From assembly GCF_963921235.1 (NCBI RefSeq), contig NC_086109.1:29266001-29330000 (forward strand): 64,000 bases of DNA, read 5' to 3'. Below the pieces are notes generated by a model. The model did not search any database. It was not told where the DNA came from and saw only the letters and a list, made by a program, of their open reading frames with translations. Below are positions 49,676-62,179 of this stretch, one piece after another (within the stretch, counting starts at the first letter, position 1; every line of letters begins with the position of its first letter). The position numbers and the translations under genes are program-made. The stretch is from Mobula hypostoma (taxonomy: Eukaryota).

Positions 49676-50029
49676 AAATTAATATAGAGAAAATACTGTG
49701 AATTACAGACTTACAGTTTTTTTTCTCTATATAATCATGTATTGAATTGTATTGCTGCCACAAAGGTAATAAATTTCACAGCATATGCCAGTGATATTAA
49801 ACCTGGTTCTGATTAGAATACAGAGCAACGCAATAGGAAGGAGTACCTTTTGGGAAGGGATGGAGATATTAATGAACAGCCTATCTGTAATTTCATGTTA
49901 AAGGCAATAATTAAAACCTCTAATACTCTTTCATAGAATGAACTAAAGGTAGTTGAAATTTGAGAGTTTACAACTATCTGAGGATTATTTAATCTCGGCT
50001 TTGTCATGGAAAGAGATCCCCAGGTGGGA

Positions 50030-50280
50030 AGACTGAAGGATGTGTACAAAGCCTCCTTGAAAAATCAAAATTTCCCCACAAGCAGCGCATGACTGCACAA
50101 AGTGGAAACAAAGCATTCAGGATGGCATTCAGAACCTTCAGTCCATGCATTTGATGCGCTTAGAATCCCTGTATAACTACTCAACTACCTGCCCGGTCAG
50201 GTACCCGGTTTCCACAGTGCTCTCATTAGCCACCTTCGAATCCAAAAGCAAACAGATCATCTCATCTTTAAACCCAGCAA
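50030..50280 (+). mobile_element. Old RTE-like LINE 3' remnant
   Basis: KDVYKASLK...SIQDGIQNL...LISHLRI; a similar remnant lies at 29590-29690. Confidence 0.45.
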
Positions 50281-50312
50281 AGAAAACTTATTTCATTCAG
50301 TCTCTCTATTTC

Positions 50313-51148
50313 TTTTCTTTTTAAATCTTTTTATTGAGTAAGTATACAAAAAAGGTAAGCCATATAAACATTAATACAATGTTAAAGTATAATAAAATTC
50401 CAAAAGGTATCAATACCAAAAAAAATACTACAAACAATGTAATTTAAACATAAGAAACCAAGATAACATAATAGTATACTAAATTTTATATATATCAATG
50501 GAAAAAAAAGAAAAAAAAAACCCCCAAAAAAAACCCACTGTGCAACTAACTAAAAGCAAAGCAAAGCAATGGGCTAACTTGAAACCAAACAGAGTTAAAC
50601 TTAAAATCACGTCCTCAATCCCGACCTCCATTAAAAACAGTGAAAAAAAAACAAGAAGGGTAAGTATTACATTAAATGAAAATATCGAATAAAAGGTCCC
50701 CAAATCTGTTCAAATTTAAATGAAGAATCATAACGGTTACTTCTAATTTTCTCCAAATTCAAACATAAAATCGTCTGAGAAAACCAAAAAAAGGTAGTTG
50801 GAGCATTAAGCTCTTTCCAATGTTGTAAAATACATCTTTTCGCCATTAAAGTAAGAAATGCAATCATTCTACGGGCTGAAGGGGAAAGATTACTAGAAAT
50901 TTTAGGTAGTCCAAAGATAGCAGTAATAGGGTGAGGAGAGATATCTATATTTAATATCTTAGAAATAATATTGAAAATATCTCTCCAAAAAGTTTCCAAA
51001 GTAGGGCAAGACCAAAACATATGAGTTAAAGAGGCTATCTGCCCCGAACATCTATCACAGAAAGGATTAATATGCGAGTAAAAACGCGCTAACTTATCTT
51101 TGGACATATGTGCTCTATGAACCACTTTAAATTGAATTAGGGAATGTT
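50313..51148 (-). mobile_element. L1-clade LINE 3' fragment (ORF2 C-terminal Cys/His domain)
   Basis: CDRC....ASLTHMFWSC, LEKIR...FEQIWGPF; AATAAA and A-rich tail; perfect 10-bp TSD tctctatttc at 50303-50312 / 51149-51158. Confidence 0.9.
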
Positions 51149-51721
51149 TCTCTATTTCAAAAAATGTACATCTTATGTGGAACTGAGTGAACTGGAAATG
51201 GAAGTCTAGAGATTGTTAGGGATATGTTATCATTATTGTAAAAGATATTGAACTGACACAAATACTCCAGCTTAAGTGAACATAAAAGCTTCCATGAAAT
51301 CATTTAGATAAAACAGGGGAGGTTTCCCCAGCGTGTTATTCAATACTTATCCTTCAACTAACTTCACTAGAGATGGATTATCTATTAATTATCACATCAT
51401 TGATGCAAGATCTTGTTCTGTGCAACAGACTGCCATGTTGTCTATTTTGTATCGGTGACCACGCCTTAAAATTATGTAATTAGCAGAGATGTTCTTTGGA
51501 AACACTCCGAGGCCAGTAGCACAGAAGGATGCCATTCAATCCAGTATTTCTACACCAGATTATTAAAAGAGCTATTCAATTAAACCTCTCCTGATTTTGC
51601 CCTCTCTCTCTGCAAATTTTGTGCATGTCTAACAAATTTTGAAAGTTAATTTCAATTAGTTGGATTCAGAATAATAACAAAATGAACTTAATTTACTGTC
51701 TAATATTCTTTTGAATAAAAT

Positions 51722-52130
51722 CGAACACAGATGCTGGTGGAATTCAGTGGGGTTGAAGGGAAATGGTTAATTAACACTTCGTGTTGAGACCCCTCATCTG
51801 GACTCAGATCACAGAGGGGGAATCAGAGGAAAAGGGTTAGATAAGGTCAGCTTGATTTGTCACACTCCACAGTTCATTCCTGATAAGAGACCTCAGGATC
51901 TCAATTTTTCCTTCCCAGCTCTTCTTTTCTTCTCCACCTGTCAATGACAGCTCATGCTCCAGACCTTCCCTTCACGTTCTTACACTGGCTATCTCCCTTC
52001 TATCTTTCAATCCTGATGAACAGATTAAACCTGAAACCTTCACTGTCCACTTCCCTCCATAGATGCCGCCCAATCTGTTGTTCCTTCAGCCTTCTACATG
52101 CTGCTGCAGATTCCAGTATCTGCAGTCTCT
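51722..52130. mobile_element. Degenerate inverted pair of Penelope pseudo-LTRs
   Basis: Minus motif remnant at 51775-51805 (agtccagatgaggggtctcaacacgaag); plus remnant tcctgatgaa...gaaa at 52011-52036 followed by catagatgccgccc...ttccagtatctgcag. Confidence 0.6.
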
Positions 52131-52664
52131 TGAGTTCCCTCTTTGCTAAACCTGACATGATATCGGATCCCAAAGAATATTACTTCAACTTTTTTGATAG
52201 CTTCACACTGTTGCATTGTCATATTCAAATAAAATTACCACCAAATTTCTTTTGTCTTCTCCCTGGAGGGTATTGGTTCATGCTGGAGAATTTTTGTGAG
52301 GATGCTGACTGACTTTTGGTATTTTGCCCAAGAGGCTTCCACAGTAAATACCAGTTTGTTGTTCAGTTGTAGGAAGAACACAGCTGAGCTTGTACCAGTC
52401 CACATTGAATAGTACCATATAAGTGCAATGTTTAGTGGCTGGTTTTTATCTCCCACAGGAACTCGTAGCATAACATCCTTGACTCCACCCTGGCTAAGTA
52501 TGTGCAGAGAAGAACCCTTCTTGGTCCTTTTAGTGGTTGTTATTGCCCGGCTGGTTTTACTCTCATAAACATTGAGAAAACTGCCGGAACTAAAATCAGA
52601 TCGGGTCTATTATCACCAACACATGTGGATCTACAACTGGACCTATTAGTCCTTTTATTACACA

Positions 52665-53280
52665 AGAGATGACCCAAAGGGAAATGAGAAAAGATTCCAC
52701 ACTGCCTCAAGTCTTCATCTTCATAGCCACACAAAATGGTTGGAATATGCAACAAAAATCCTAGTTCACTCATTTTTTCCGGTGCCAGGATGAACTTGCC
52801 TTTGATGGGGGTTGCCTTATGTGGGAATTGAGAGCTGTGTCATCCAAGCTGAGAGCTAAAGTGTTGGAGGAGAGATATGCCAAGCATCTCGGCATAGTCG
52901 AAATGAAAGCTTTGGCTTGAAGCTTTGCACGTTGGACAGGCATAGATCAGCGGATCAAGCAGCTTGCCTTGCACTGTTTGAGATGCCAACACATCCAGAA
53001 GAAAGGTATCCAGAGCTGTCAGAATCACCTCCAACAGTTCCAGAGAGAACTTCGACAACCATGACGGAGGAGGCCCCGGAACCTGAAATTGTTTCACAGC
53101 CACAAGTTTTCCTTGCCAAGTGGAGTGACACCCCCTTGTCAGGAAAGACATTAACCCACAAGAATAAGAAATTCTTCATAGCAATTAAATCTATAAGCCT
53201 GAACAGGGCAATTTAAAATTTACTATGCTGTGGATGTCTGTATAGTAGGTGTAATTTATAATATACTGTATATACATTTA
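52665..53280 (+). mobile_element. Gypsy/Ty3 pol remnant (integrase HHCC region) with internal deletion
   Basis: KDSTLPQV...QNGW...DELAFDGGCLMW...KLRAKVLEE...HLGIVEMKALA*SF..WTGIDQ...LHCLRCQH, then an abrupt jump to a Pro/Thr/Glu-rich C-terminus. Confidence 0.75.
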
Positions 53281-53291
53281 TATGTATATGG

Positions 53292-56144
53292 GCTTGATGC
53301 ATAGTTGGAAATTGGTAAGTATGATGTTGTGAGAGTAACAGAGACATGGCTTCAAGTGGACAGGGCCTGGGAAATGAATATTCAAGGCTATACGTCCTAT
53401 CGAAAGGACAGACTGATGGGCAGAGGGGGTGGGGTGGCTCTGTCGGTGAGGAATGATATTCAGTCCCTTGCGAAGGGGGACATAGAATCAGGAGACGTAG
53501 AGTCAGTATGGATAGAACTGAGAAATTCTAAGGATAGAAAGACCCTAATGGGAGTTATCTACAGGCCCCCAAACAGTAGTCTGGATGTAGAGTGTAAGTT
53601 GAATCAAGAGTTAAAATTGGCATGTCGCAAAGGTAATGCTACTGTTGTTATGGGGGACTTCAACATGCAGGTAGACTGGAGGAATCAGGTTGGTACTGGA
53701 CCCCAAGAAAGGGAGTTTGTGGAGTCCCTCTGAGATGGATTCTTAGAACTTCTTTTACTGGAGCCTACCAGAGAGAACGCAATTCTAGATTTAGTGTTGT
53801 GCAATGAACCGGATTTGAGCAGGGACCTCGAGGTAAAGGAGCCATTAGGAGGTAGTGACCATAATATGATACGTTTTAATCTACAATTTGAGAGGGAGAA
53901 GGGAAACTCAGAAGTGTCAGTATTACAGTTGAACAAAGGGAGCTATGGTGCTATGAGGGAGGAGCTGGCCAAAGTTCAATGGAACAATACCCTAGCAGGG
54001 ATGACAGTGGAACAGCAATGGCAAGTGTTTCTGGGAATAATGCAGAAGGTGCAGGATCAGTTCATTCCAAAGAGGAAGAAAGATCCTAAGGGGAGTAAAG
54101 GGAGGCCGTGGCTGACAAGGGAAGTAATGGACAGTATAAAAATAAAAGAAAAGAAGTATAACATAGCAAAGACAAGTGGGAAGCCGGAGGATTGGGAAAC
54201 ATTTAAAGAGCAACAGAAGGTAACTAAAAAGGCAATACGTGGAGAAAAAATGAGGTACGAAAGAAAACTAGCCAAGAATATAAAGGAGGATAGTAAAAGC
54301 TTCTTTAGGTATGTGAAAAGGAAAAAAATAGTTAAGACCAAAATTGGGCCCTTGAAGACAGAAGCGGGTGTATTTATTATGGGGAACAAGGAAATGGCAG
54401 ATGAGTTGAACAGGTACTTTTGATCTGTCTTCACTAGGGAAGACACAAACAATCTCCCTGATGTAATAGTGGCCAAAGGACCTAGGGTAATGGATGAATT
54501 GAAGGAAATTTATATTAGGCAGGAAATGATGTTGGATAGGCTGTTGGGTCTGAAGGCTGATAAGTCCCCGGGACCTGATGGTCTGCATCCCAGGGTACTT
54601 AAGGAGGTGGCTTTAGAAATCGTGGACGCATTGGTAATCATTTTCCAATGTTCTATAGATTCAGGATCAGTTCCTGTGGATTGGAGGGTGGCTAATGTTG
54701 TCCCTCTCTTCAAGAAGGGAGGAAGAGAGAAAACAGGGAATTATAGACCGGTTAGCCTGACGTCGGTGGTGGGAAAGATGCTGGAGTCAATTATAAAAGA
54801 TGAGATTACGACAGATCTGGATAGTAGTAACAGGATTAGTCCGAGTCAGCATGGATTTATGAAGGGGAAATCATGCTTGACTAATCTTCTGGAATTTTTT
54901 GAGGATGTAACTATGAAAATGGACAAGGCAGAGCCAGTGGATGTAATGTACCTGGACTTTCAGAAAGCCTTTGATAAAGTCCCACATAGGAGATTAGTGG
55001 GCAAAATTAGGGCACATGATATTGGGGGCAGAGTACTGACATGGATTGAAAGTTGGTTGGCTGACAGAAAACAAAGAGTAGCGATTAACTGGTCCCTTTC
55101 GGAATGGCAGGTGGTGACCAGTGGGGTACCGCAGGGTTCCGTGCTGGGACCGCAGCTGTTTACAATATATATTAATGATTTAGATGAGGGAATTAAAAGT
55201 AACATTAGCAAATTTGCCGATGACACAAAGCTGGGTGGCAGTGTAAAATGTGAGGAGGATGTTATGAGAATGCAGGGTGATTTGGACAGGCTGGGTGAGT
55301 GGGCAGATGCATGGCAGATGCAGTTTAATGTGGATAAATGTGAGGTTACCCACTTTGGTGGTAAGAACAGGAAGGCAGATTATTATCTAAATGCAGTCAA
55401 GTTAGGAAAAGGGGAAGCACAAGGAGATCTAGGTGTTCTTGTACATCAGTCACTGAAAGCAAACATGCAAGTACAGCAGGCAGTGAAGAAAGCTAATGGC
55501 ATGCTGGCCTTCATAACAAGGGGAATTGAGTATAAGAGCAAAGAGGTCCTTCTGCAGCTGCACAGGGCCCTGGTGAGAGCACACCTGGAGTACTGTGTGC
55601 AGTTTTGGTCTCCAAATTTGAGGAAGGACATTCTTGCTATTGAGGGAGTGCAGCGTAGGTTCACAAGGTTATTTCCCGGGATGGCGGGACTGTCATATAT
55701 CGAAAGATTGGAGTGACTAGGCTTGTATACTCTGGAATTTAGAAGGCTGAGAGGGGATCATATTGAAACATATAAGATTATTAAGGGATTGGACACGCTG
55801 CAGGCAGAAAGCATGTTCCTGCTGATGGGTGAGTCCAGAACCAAAGGCCACAGTTTAAGAATTAGGGGTAGGCCATTTAGAACTGAGTTGAGGAAAAACC
55901 TTTTCACCCAGAGAGTGGTAGTTATATGGAATGCTCTGCCCCAGAAGGCTGTGGAGGCCAAGTCTCTGGATGCTTTCAAAAAAAAGAGATGGATAGAGCT
56001 CTTAAAGGTAGTGGAATCAAAGGTTATGGGGATAAGGCAGGAACTGGATACTGATTGTGGATGATCAGCCATGATCACAGTGAATGGCAGTGCTGGCTCA
56101 AAGGGCCGAATGGCCTACTCCTGCACCTATTGTCTATTGTCTAT
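53292..56144 (+). mobile_element. 5'-truncated CR1 LINE; ORF2 with three in-frame TGA stops (53731, 54421, 55714) and a late A-run frameshift
   Basis: ORFs 53305, 53794, 54469 and 55723 share one frame; TETWL, GDFN, SDH, QHGF, GVPQGSVLGP, FADD; (attgtct)n tail. Confidence 0.97.
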
Positions 56145-56399
56145 ATACCTTGAGTCCTGGCACCTTAAAACCAGCACTTCGGGTAGATGGAGCTCGTCAT
56201 CCTGGGAAGGCAGCCCATCTAAGAGAGGGATAATTCTGATTTCAAACCTCTGCTGCCTTGCGGCCATACCTACTCATTCCCTGTGTGTAGAGATCAGTTG
56301 ATAATAGACTGGCTTCAGCATTCTTCCATGGGGGAGGTAAAAGGGATCCATAGAGATGCCAACATTTGTGCTGGGCAGGTGCTAGCCATTGGGCATATC

Positions 56400-56958
56400 C
56401 AACATTTCTTTCATACTTACTTTTCCATTGAATGCAGGTAGTGAAGAGGGCATGTCCTGGTGGTGAGGGGGAGGTCCTTAATAATGGACGCTGCCTTCCT
56501 GAGGCACCACTCCTTGAAGATATCTTGGATGCCACGGGGACCAGTACCCATGATGAAGCTGACTAATTTTACAACTTCCTGCAACTTACTTCGATCCTGT
56601 GCAGTAGTGCTCCCCTCCCCACTCCACAAGACCAGACAGTGATGCAGCCAGTCAGCACACCCCCATCGGTGACATCTGTAGAAGTTTACAAGTGTTTTAG
56701 GTGACAAATCAAAACTCTTCAAACTCTGAATGAAATATAGCTGCTGCCTTGTCTTCTTTATAGCTGCATCAATATGTTGTGACCAGTTTAGGTCCTCAGA
56801 GGTATTGATACCCAGGAACTTCAAATTGCTCACTCTCTCCACTTGCGATCCCTCCATGAGGATTGGTTCATGTTCCCTTGTTCCACCCTTTCTGAAGTCC
56901 ACAATCAGCTCCCTGATCTTACTAACTTTGACTGCAAGGTGGTTGCTACAACACCATT
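56400..56958 (-). mobile_element. Rex1-like 3' fragment
   Basis: KIRELIVDFRK...VERVSNLKFLG...CLRKAASIIKD. Confidence 0.85.
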
Positions 56959-57951
56959 CAATCTCCAACATCACGGGTGCACCACAAGGCTGTGTGCTTA
57001 TCCCCTGTCCTACTCACTTCATACTTATGACTGTAGGGCTCAGCACAGCTCCAGTTTGCTGACGACTCCACTGTCTTAAGCTGAATTAAATGTGGTGCCA
57101 CAACAACAACCTCTCACTCAATGTCAGTAAGACCAAGGAGCTGATTATTGACTTCAGGAGGATGAAACCAAACCTCATCAGGAGATTAGAGGTGGAGGAG
57201 GTCAGCAACTTTAAATTCCTTGGTGTTATCACTTCAGAGGGCTTGTCCTGGGCCCTGCACGTAAGTACAATTACAAAGAAAGCACAGCAGCACCTTTACT
57301 GCCTTAGAAGTTTGCGAAGATTTGGCATGACATTTAAAACTTTGACAAATTTCTATAGATGTACGGTGGAGAGTATATTAACTGGTTGCATCACAGACTA
57401 AATAGGAAACACCAATGCCCTTGAATGGAAAATACTACAAAAAGTAGTGGATACGACCCAGTCTATCATAGGTAAAGCCATCCCCACCATTTAGCACATC
57501 TACATGGAGCACTGTCATAGGAATGCAGCATCAATCTTCAGGGACCCCCACCACCCAGGTCATACTTTCTTCTCACTGCTGCCATTAGGGAGAAGGTGCA
57601 GGAGTCTCAGGGCTCTCACCACCAAGTCAGGAACAGTTATTACCCTCAACCATCAGGCTCTTAAACCAGAGGAGACAACTTCACTTGCCTCATCACAGAA
57701 CTGTTCCCACAACCTATTGACCCCCTTTCAAGGACTCTTCACAGTTATCAATAGTTATTACATATTTATTTTTTATTATTATTTCTTTTTTCTTTTGTAT
57801 TTGCACATTTGTTGCTTTTGCACATTGGTTATTTGTCCACACTTTTGTGTGCAGTCTTCCATTGATTCTATTATGATTCTTGGACTTATTGAGTTTACCC
57901 ACAAGTAAATTTGAATTATAGGGTTGTACATTAATTTTACTTTGAACTTTG
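56959..57951 (+). mobile_element. Rex1-like RT/3' fragment, head-to-head with the preceding copy
   Basis: [36 protein letters not shown]; tail actttgaacttt. Confidence 0.88.
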
Positions 57952-57999
57952 TCACAAATGAGTACTGGGCATTTCTGGTCATCAGCAAGACCAAGCCCG

Positions 58000-58316
58000 T
58001 ACAATATAGGAGCAGGATTAGGCCATTTGGCCATTGAGTCTTCTCTGCCATTCAGTCATGGCTGATTTTCAATCCCATTTTCCGTCTTTGTCCCCAGACA
58101 GCTTAATCCCTTTACCAAACAAAAAAGAAATCAATATTCCCAATAGCTTGGCCTCCACAGGCCTCTGTGGCATCAAATTCCACAGATTTGCCACCACCTG
58201 GCTGAAGAAATTTCTCTTCATCTCAGTTTTAAAAGGATTTATTCTGATTCTGCCCTCTTGGATTTTAGACTCTCCTACTAATGGAAAAACTCTCTCTACG
58301 CATCCACTCTCCAAGG
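58000..58316 (-). mobile_element. CR1 3' fragment
   Basis: VERVFPLVGES...PFKTEMKRNFFSQVVANLWN. Confidence 0.85.
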
Positions 58317-58329
58317 CATGATTATGAGA

Positions 58330-58745
58330 GTTTGCCCGGATGAATTCAGATCCTAAAGCATTCAGAAGCTCAACAATATCCAAGCCAACTCAGCCTGCTT
58401 GATTTGTATCTTCATTTCCCTTAGTGTTCATTCCATTCATCCTGCACTGGAGCTCCAAATGTTACCTCATCTAACAAAATGTAATTCCCAAGACTTCTCA
58501 AACCGCCATTAGCTGTCAATCATCTACTACCTCAATTTATCCTCCAGATTGCATACTATTTTGACATGCACTGGAAATAAATTGTCTTTCCTTCATTGTC
58601 ACTGCTAATTATACTGGGATTTCCTGCCTGACAATGCCGGGACTGCAATGGCTCAAGGAGGTTGTTCATCAGTACCCTTTACCGTCCTGCAAACCCCAGT
58701 GACTGGGCACTAAATGCTTAACCGACATGCCCACATTCTATGAAA
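58330..58745 (+). mobile_element. Ancient CR1-like LINE 3' remnant
   Basis: tggaaataaattgtctttccttcattgtcactg...gactgcaatggctcaaggagg...gggcactaaatgct...gcccacatt resembles an old shark/ray LINE tail, recognised from memory. Confidence 0.45.
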
Positions 58746-61254
58746 GTATTAACCCATTTTGATCTGTGCTTGCAATCTGATAACTACCGCTACTCATTTT
58801 GCCTCTATACTTCCAGCAGTATTTACCAGACACATTGATCCTTGCATGAATTGTCTTGCGATAACCATTGGAAACCGAACATCGGACAAGCTCAAATAAC
58901 GAAAGGGTCCTCACAAAAAGTCTTTGAACCCCTAGAATTTGTTTCTCTTTCCACAGATGCCACCTGAATTTCTGAAAGTTTCCAGCACTTCTGATTTCTT
59001 TTTGTGCTCACACGGTCTGACTGACAGTTAAGTTCAAAGTTCAAAATAAATTTATTATCAAAGTACATATATGTCAACATATACTACCCTGAGATTCATT
59101 TCTCAGCAAGTTTTTAATCCTGATAGCTATAACTAATAAATGAAAGCAGTCAAAGAATATTTTAAAATATGCATACATTCCTTTTCATATCCTTATAATG
59201 TTTCTCCAGGGTTAACTGCAGCATGATATCAGAGGTTCATTTTTAATCTTAGGAACTCCAAAACCCTGGAGGATTGAATAATCCAAGGGAAAAGCATGCA
59301 TGAATGAGAGTCTGTCCAAAATGTTCTTTTGCAATTTGCGTAATCCGTAATCGGTAATAGCTGCATAATTCTGATACTTGGAAGTGCTACATTACAAAGA
59401 AATATATTTAGTAATGTTTAATTTTCACTGCTGTGTCATTCCCTTCAATTTGTTTATTGAAAGGCTCGCAAATTTGTACATTTTTCACAACATCATGAAA
59501 ATTCCCAGAAGACCAAGCAGCTAGCCAAAGTATTATGGAAAATCATAGTTAAGTCATTTCACATGAAAACTGTGGCTCATCTAGTATGATGCTGCATTAT
59601 TTGGAATTCATTACGGGAAAGAGGGATGAAATTCTTCTGGTAAGTAAAGGGAATTGCCAAATTGACAGCTGGATACAGCACAACATGAGACGGTATATTT
59701 GGCAGATACATCTGCTCAGGATATGTTATTGACATGTATTATTACTTTCAAAGAAAGAATAAAATTCCTATTTCCTTCTAAATATCAATGCTGCATTGAT
59801 CTTCCTTGTTTGAAAATAAAGAATACTCTATTGCAGAGAAATTCCCTTGTAGTATCAATATCAATGCCTGACTGATTTACCTGGAACTGTGCAAGGGATT
59901 ATGCAAAAAAAGAACACTCATATGCAAACATTGGTGAGTCACTGCCAACAACTCCCCTCCCCACTTCACAGATGGCCTGAACAAGAAGGCCTTAATGTGG
60001 CCTTTAGTTTAAACTCAGAACTGAACATCTAGCAAGGTGAGAACTTCAGCCAGTGTTTCCTTATTTGGAATCTATTGCATCATGGTGCAGTCATTGACCA
60101 TCTGTGTCTATTATTAGCTTAATATCAAACCAGCGCTCCTTACTGTGCGAATGGAAAGCTTAATTTAAAATTATAATGTATTTCCCTACCATAATATGAG
60201 TTAATTACAAATATAAAGCAAATTATCCTCACCAAACTGGGATCTGCTGACTTTCACTTTTGTCCTGTTTCTGGCATGTTGCACGGTACCCGAAGAATTT
60301 TTGATTTATTGCCATATTGGTTATTTTACTAGCATGCAATTCATGCTAATGTGTATTAAAAACATGTTCTGTAGTAGCAGCACCATTTTAAGCCGTCGAT
60401 CCAAATGATCTCGGTAATACAATCCCAGTAATCTGCAAAGGGCAAGCCAGAGATATTAATATTTACAAAGGCTCCTCTATACTGAATTAAGAAACGCTGG
60501 ACACCATCATGCACTGTCTTATAAATACATAAAAGCCTCGAGTTAAAGTGCGTATGCTGGAATAGGACGGTGGTTAGTGAGAGGGAGAGATAATATGCAC
60601 AATCTCAGATTTCCTACACATCAACTGAATAAGAGCCGCAGTCGAAGCAAGGATAAAAATAGCTGCACTGCGTATCAGTTTCACAGCTGATAGCCTTGGA
60701 ATACTAATGCTGACGTTCAATTGACCCATATAACTGGCAGTTCAACACCGTGAATGAGAGTTACATGCTCTCCATCCTTGGCATCCCACAACAGAACACC
60801 TGCAATTCAAGTTGTTACTAAATGCACAGAATTTCTTTTTTGCTGTTGTTCCTGTGTACTGGGCAAGCAGCAAAAATGTCCTGAATCTCTTTGCATATTT
60901 TAACTTGTTCAAGCCTATTAGCGAAGACCATAGCAATTAACCTCTGGAGCCTTTATTCCGCTTCAATAACAATGTGCCTTTTTATGCATAATAAACAGTG
61001 GCAGCTTGCAAAGGAGATGTTAAACTGATAAAATTTTGACTGCTGGCTGTAAAATTGGCAAAATTCTGTCCTTAGTTTAAACACATCATTAATGCTTCAT
61101 GCACCTGCCTCAATATTAATCAATGATTACTGGCTGATTTATAGTAGCTGGAAAGAGACCCTTAGTGCTCATATTCAGCTTCTGTGGCAATGTGGGAAAT
61201 ATATGTATGTAGTTTGTCCTGGTCATGCTTTCCTTTTAGAAGAAGTTAATACTG

Positions 61255-61690
61255 GCTGAATCGAGGAGGCAGACCCGAGCCCGTGGGCAAGGAATGACCG
61301 AGGTTTGGACGATTTAAGCGCCGGGCCAAATTGAAATGGTCAAGGTGTCAGGATCAGAGGCGAGAGATGGGCCGGTTCGGCTCGCTGCTCTGCGGGATTT
61401 GATCATCTCTGTGCTGGACTGAGGCTGTGGCCTGTAACTAGTGGACATCTGGATCAGCTGCAGCCATGCCCGGTGTTGTGAACTTCAGTTCTGAAAGCTG
61501 TTTGCTTGGTTTTGTTGATTGCGCAATTTGCTTCTTCTCTCTCTCTCTGCACACTGGGTGTTTGACAGCCTTCTTTTGTTTTTAATGGGTTCTGTTAGGG
61601 TTCTTTGTTTCATTGCTGCCCGTAAGGAGACGAATCTCAAGGTTGTATAAAGTATACATACTCTGATAATAAAATGTACTTTGTACTTTA
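61255..61690 (+). mobile_element. Non-autonomous element with GC-rich body and Rex1-type tail
   Basis: Tail gaatctcaaggttgtata...tactctgataataaaatgtactttg matches the reverse complement of the Rex1 tail at 34975-35031. Confidence 0.6.
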
Positions 61691-62066
61691 AAATTTCAAC
61701 TTTTTAAGTTTGAATAGAAAGGAATATCAGGCAGGTCTTGTGGTCAGTTTGCTGAAGGTGATTGTCAGTCTCTGACGAATAGTGGACTTCACTCATTTTT
61801 CACAGTGTGACATACAGTGGTGCTAGAAAGTTTGTGAACCCTGTAGAATTTGATCTATTCCTGCATAAGTCTGACCTAAAATGTGATCAGATCTTCACGT
61901 GTCTGAAAACTAGATAAAAAGAACCCGATTAAGTAAATAACACAAGAATATTAAACTTGTTCATTTATTTATTGAGAAAAATAATCCAATATTATGTGTA
62001 TTTGTTGGGAAAAAAATGAACCTCTGGGGTGATGTCTTCTGCAAGAGTTATTTGGAGTCAGGTGTT

Positions 62067-62123
62067 CCAATCAATGAGATGAAATTAGATGTGTTGGTTG
62101 TAGAGGTGCCCTGCCCTATAAAA
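62067..62123 (+). promoter_or_regulatory. Putative CCAAT and TATA boxes of the Tc1 transposase gene
   Basis: CCAAT at 62067-62071 and TATAAAA at 62117-62123, upstream of the ATG at 62180. Confidence 0.4.
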
Positions 62124-62179
62124 ATGACATGTTACTGACAGAGCCTGCTCTTCTCAAGAAAGATCTCTTTATGTGCACC

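Larger units (their letters stand above)
46160..49813 (+). mobile_element. Rex1-like 3' fragment hosting the SINE and CR1 in its microsatellite
   Basis: CLEKAASIIKDTHHPGSALFLLLPSGKRYRSLKTHTQRFKNTFFPSAI; tail continues at 49672-49813 (gtattgctgccacaaagg...catatgccagtgatattaaacctg). Confidence 0.75.

Noticed and set aside
52140..52660. Possible endogenous viral or coding fragment next to the Gypsy remnant
   Set aside because: Only short ORFs with no motif I can recognise; left unassigned
60229..60435. Minus-strand acceptor/donor pair as a coding exon
   Set aside because: All three frames hit stops between the sites
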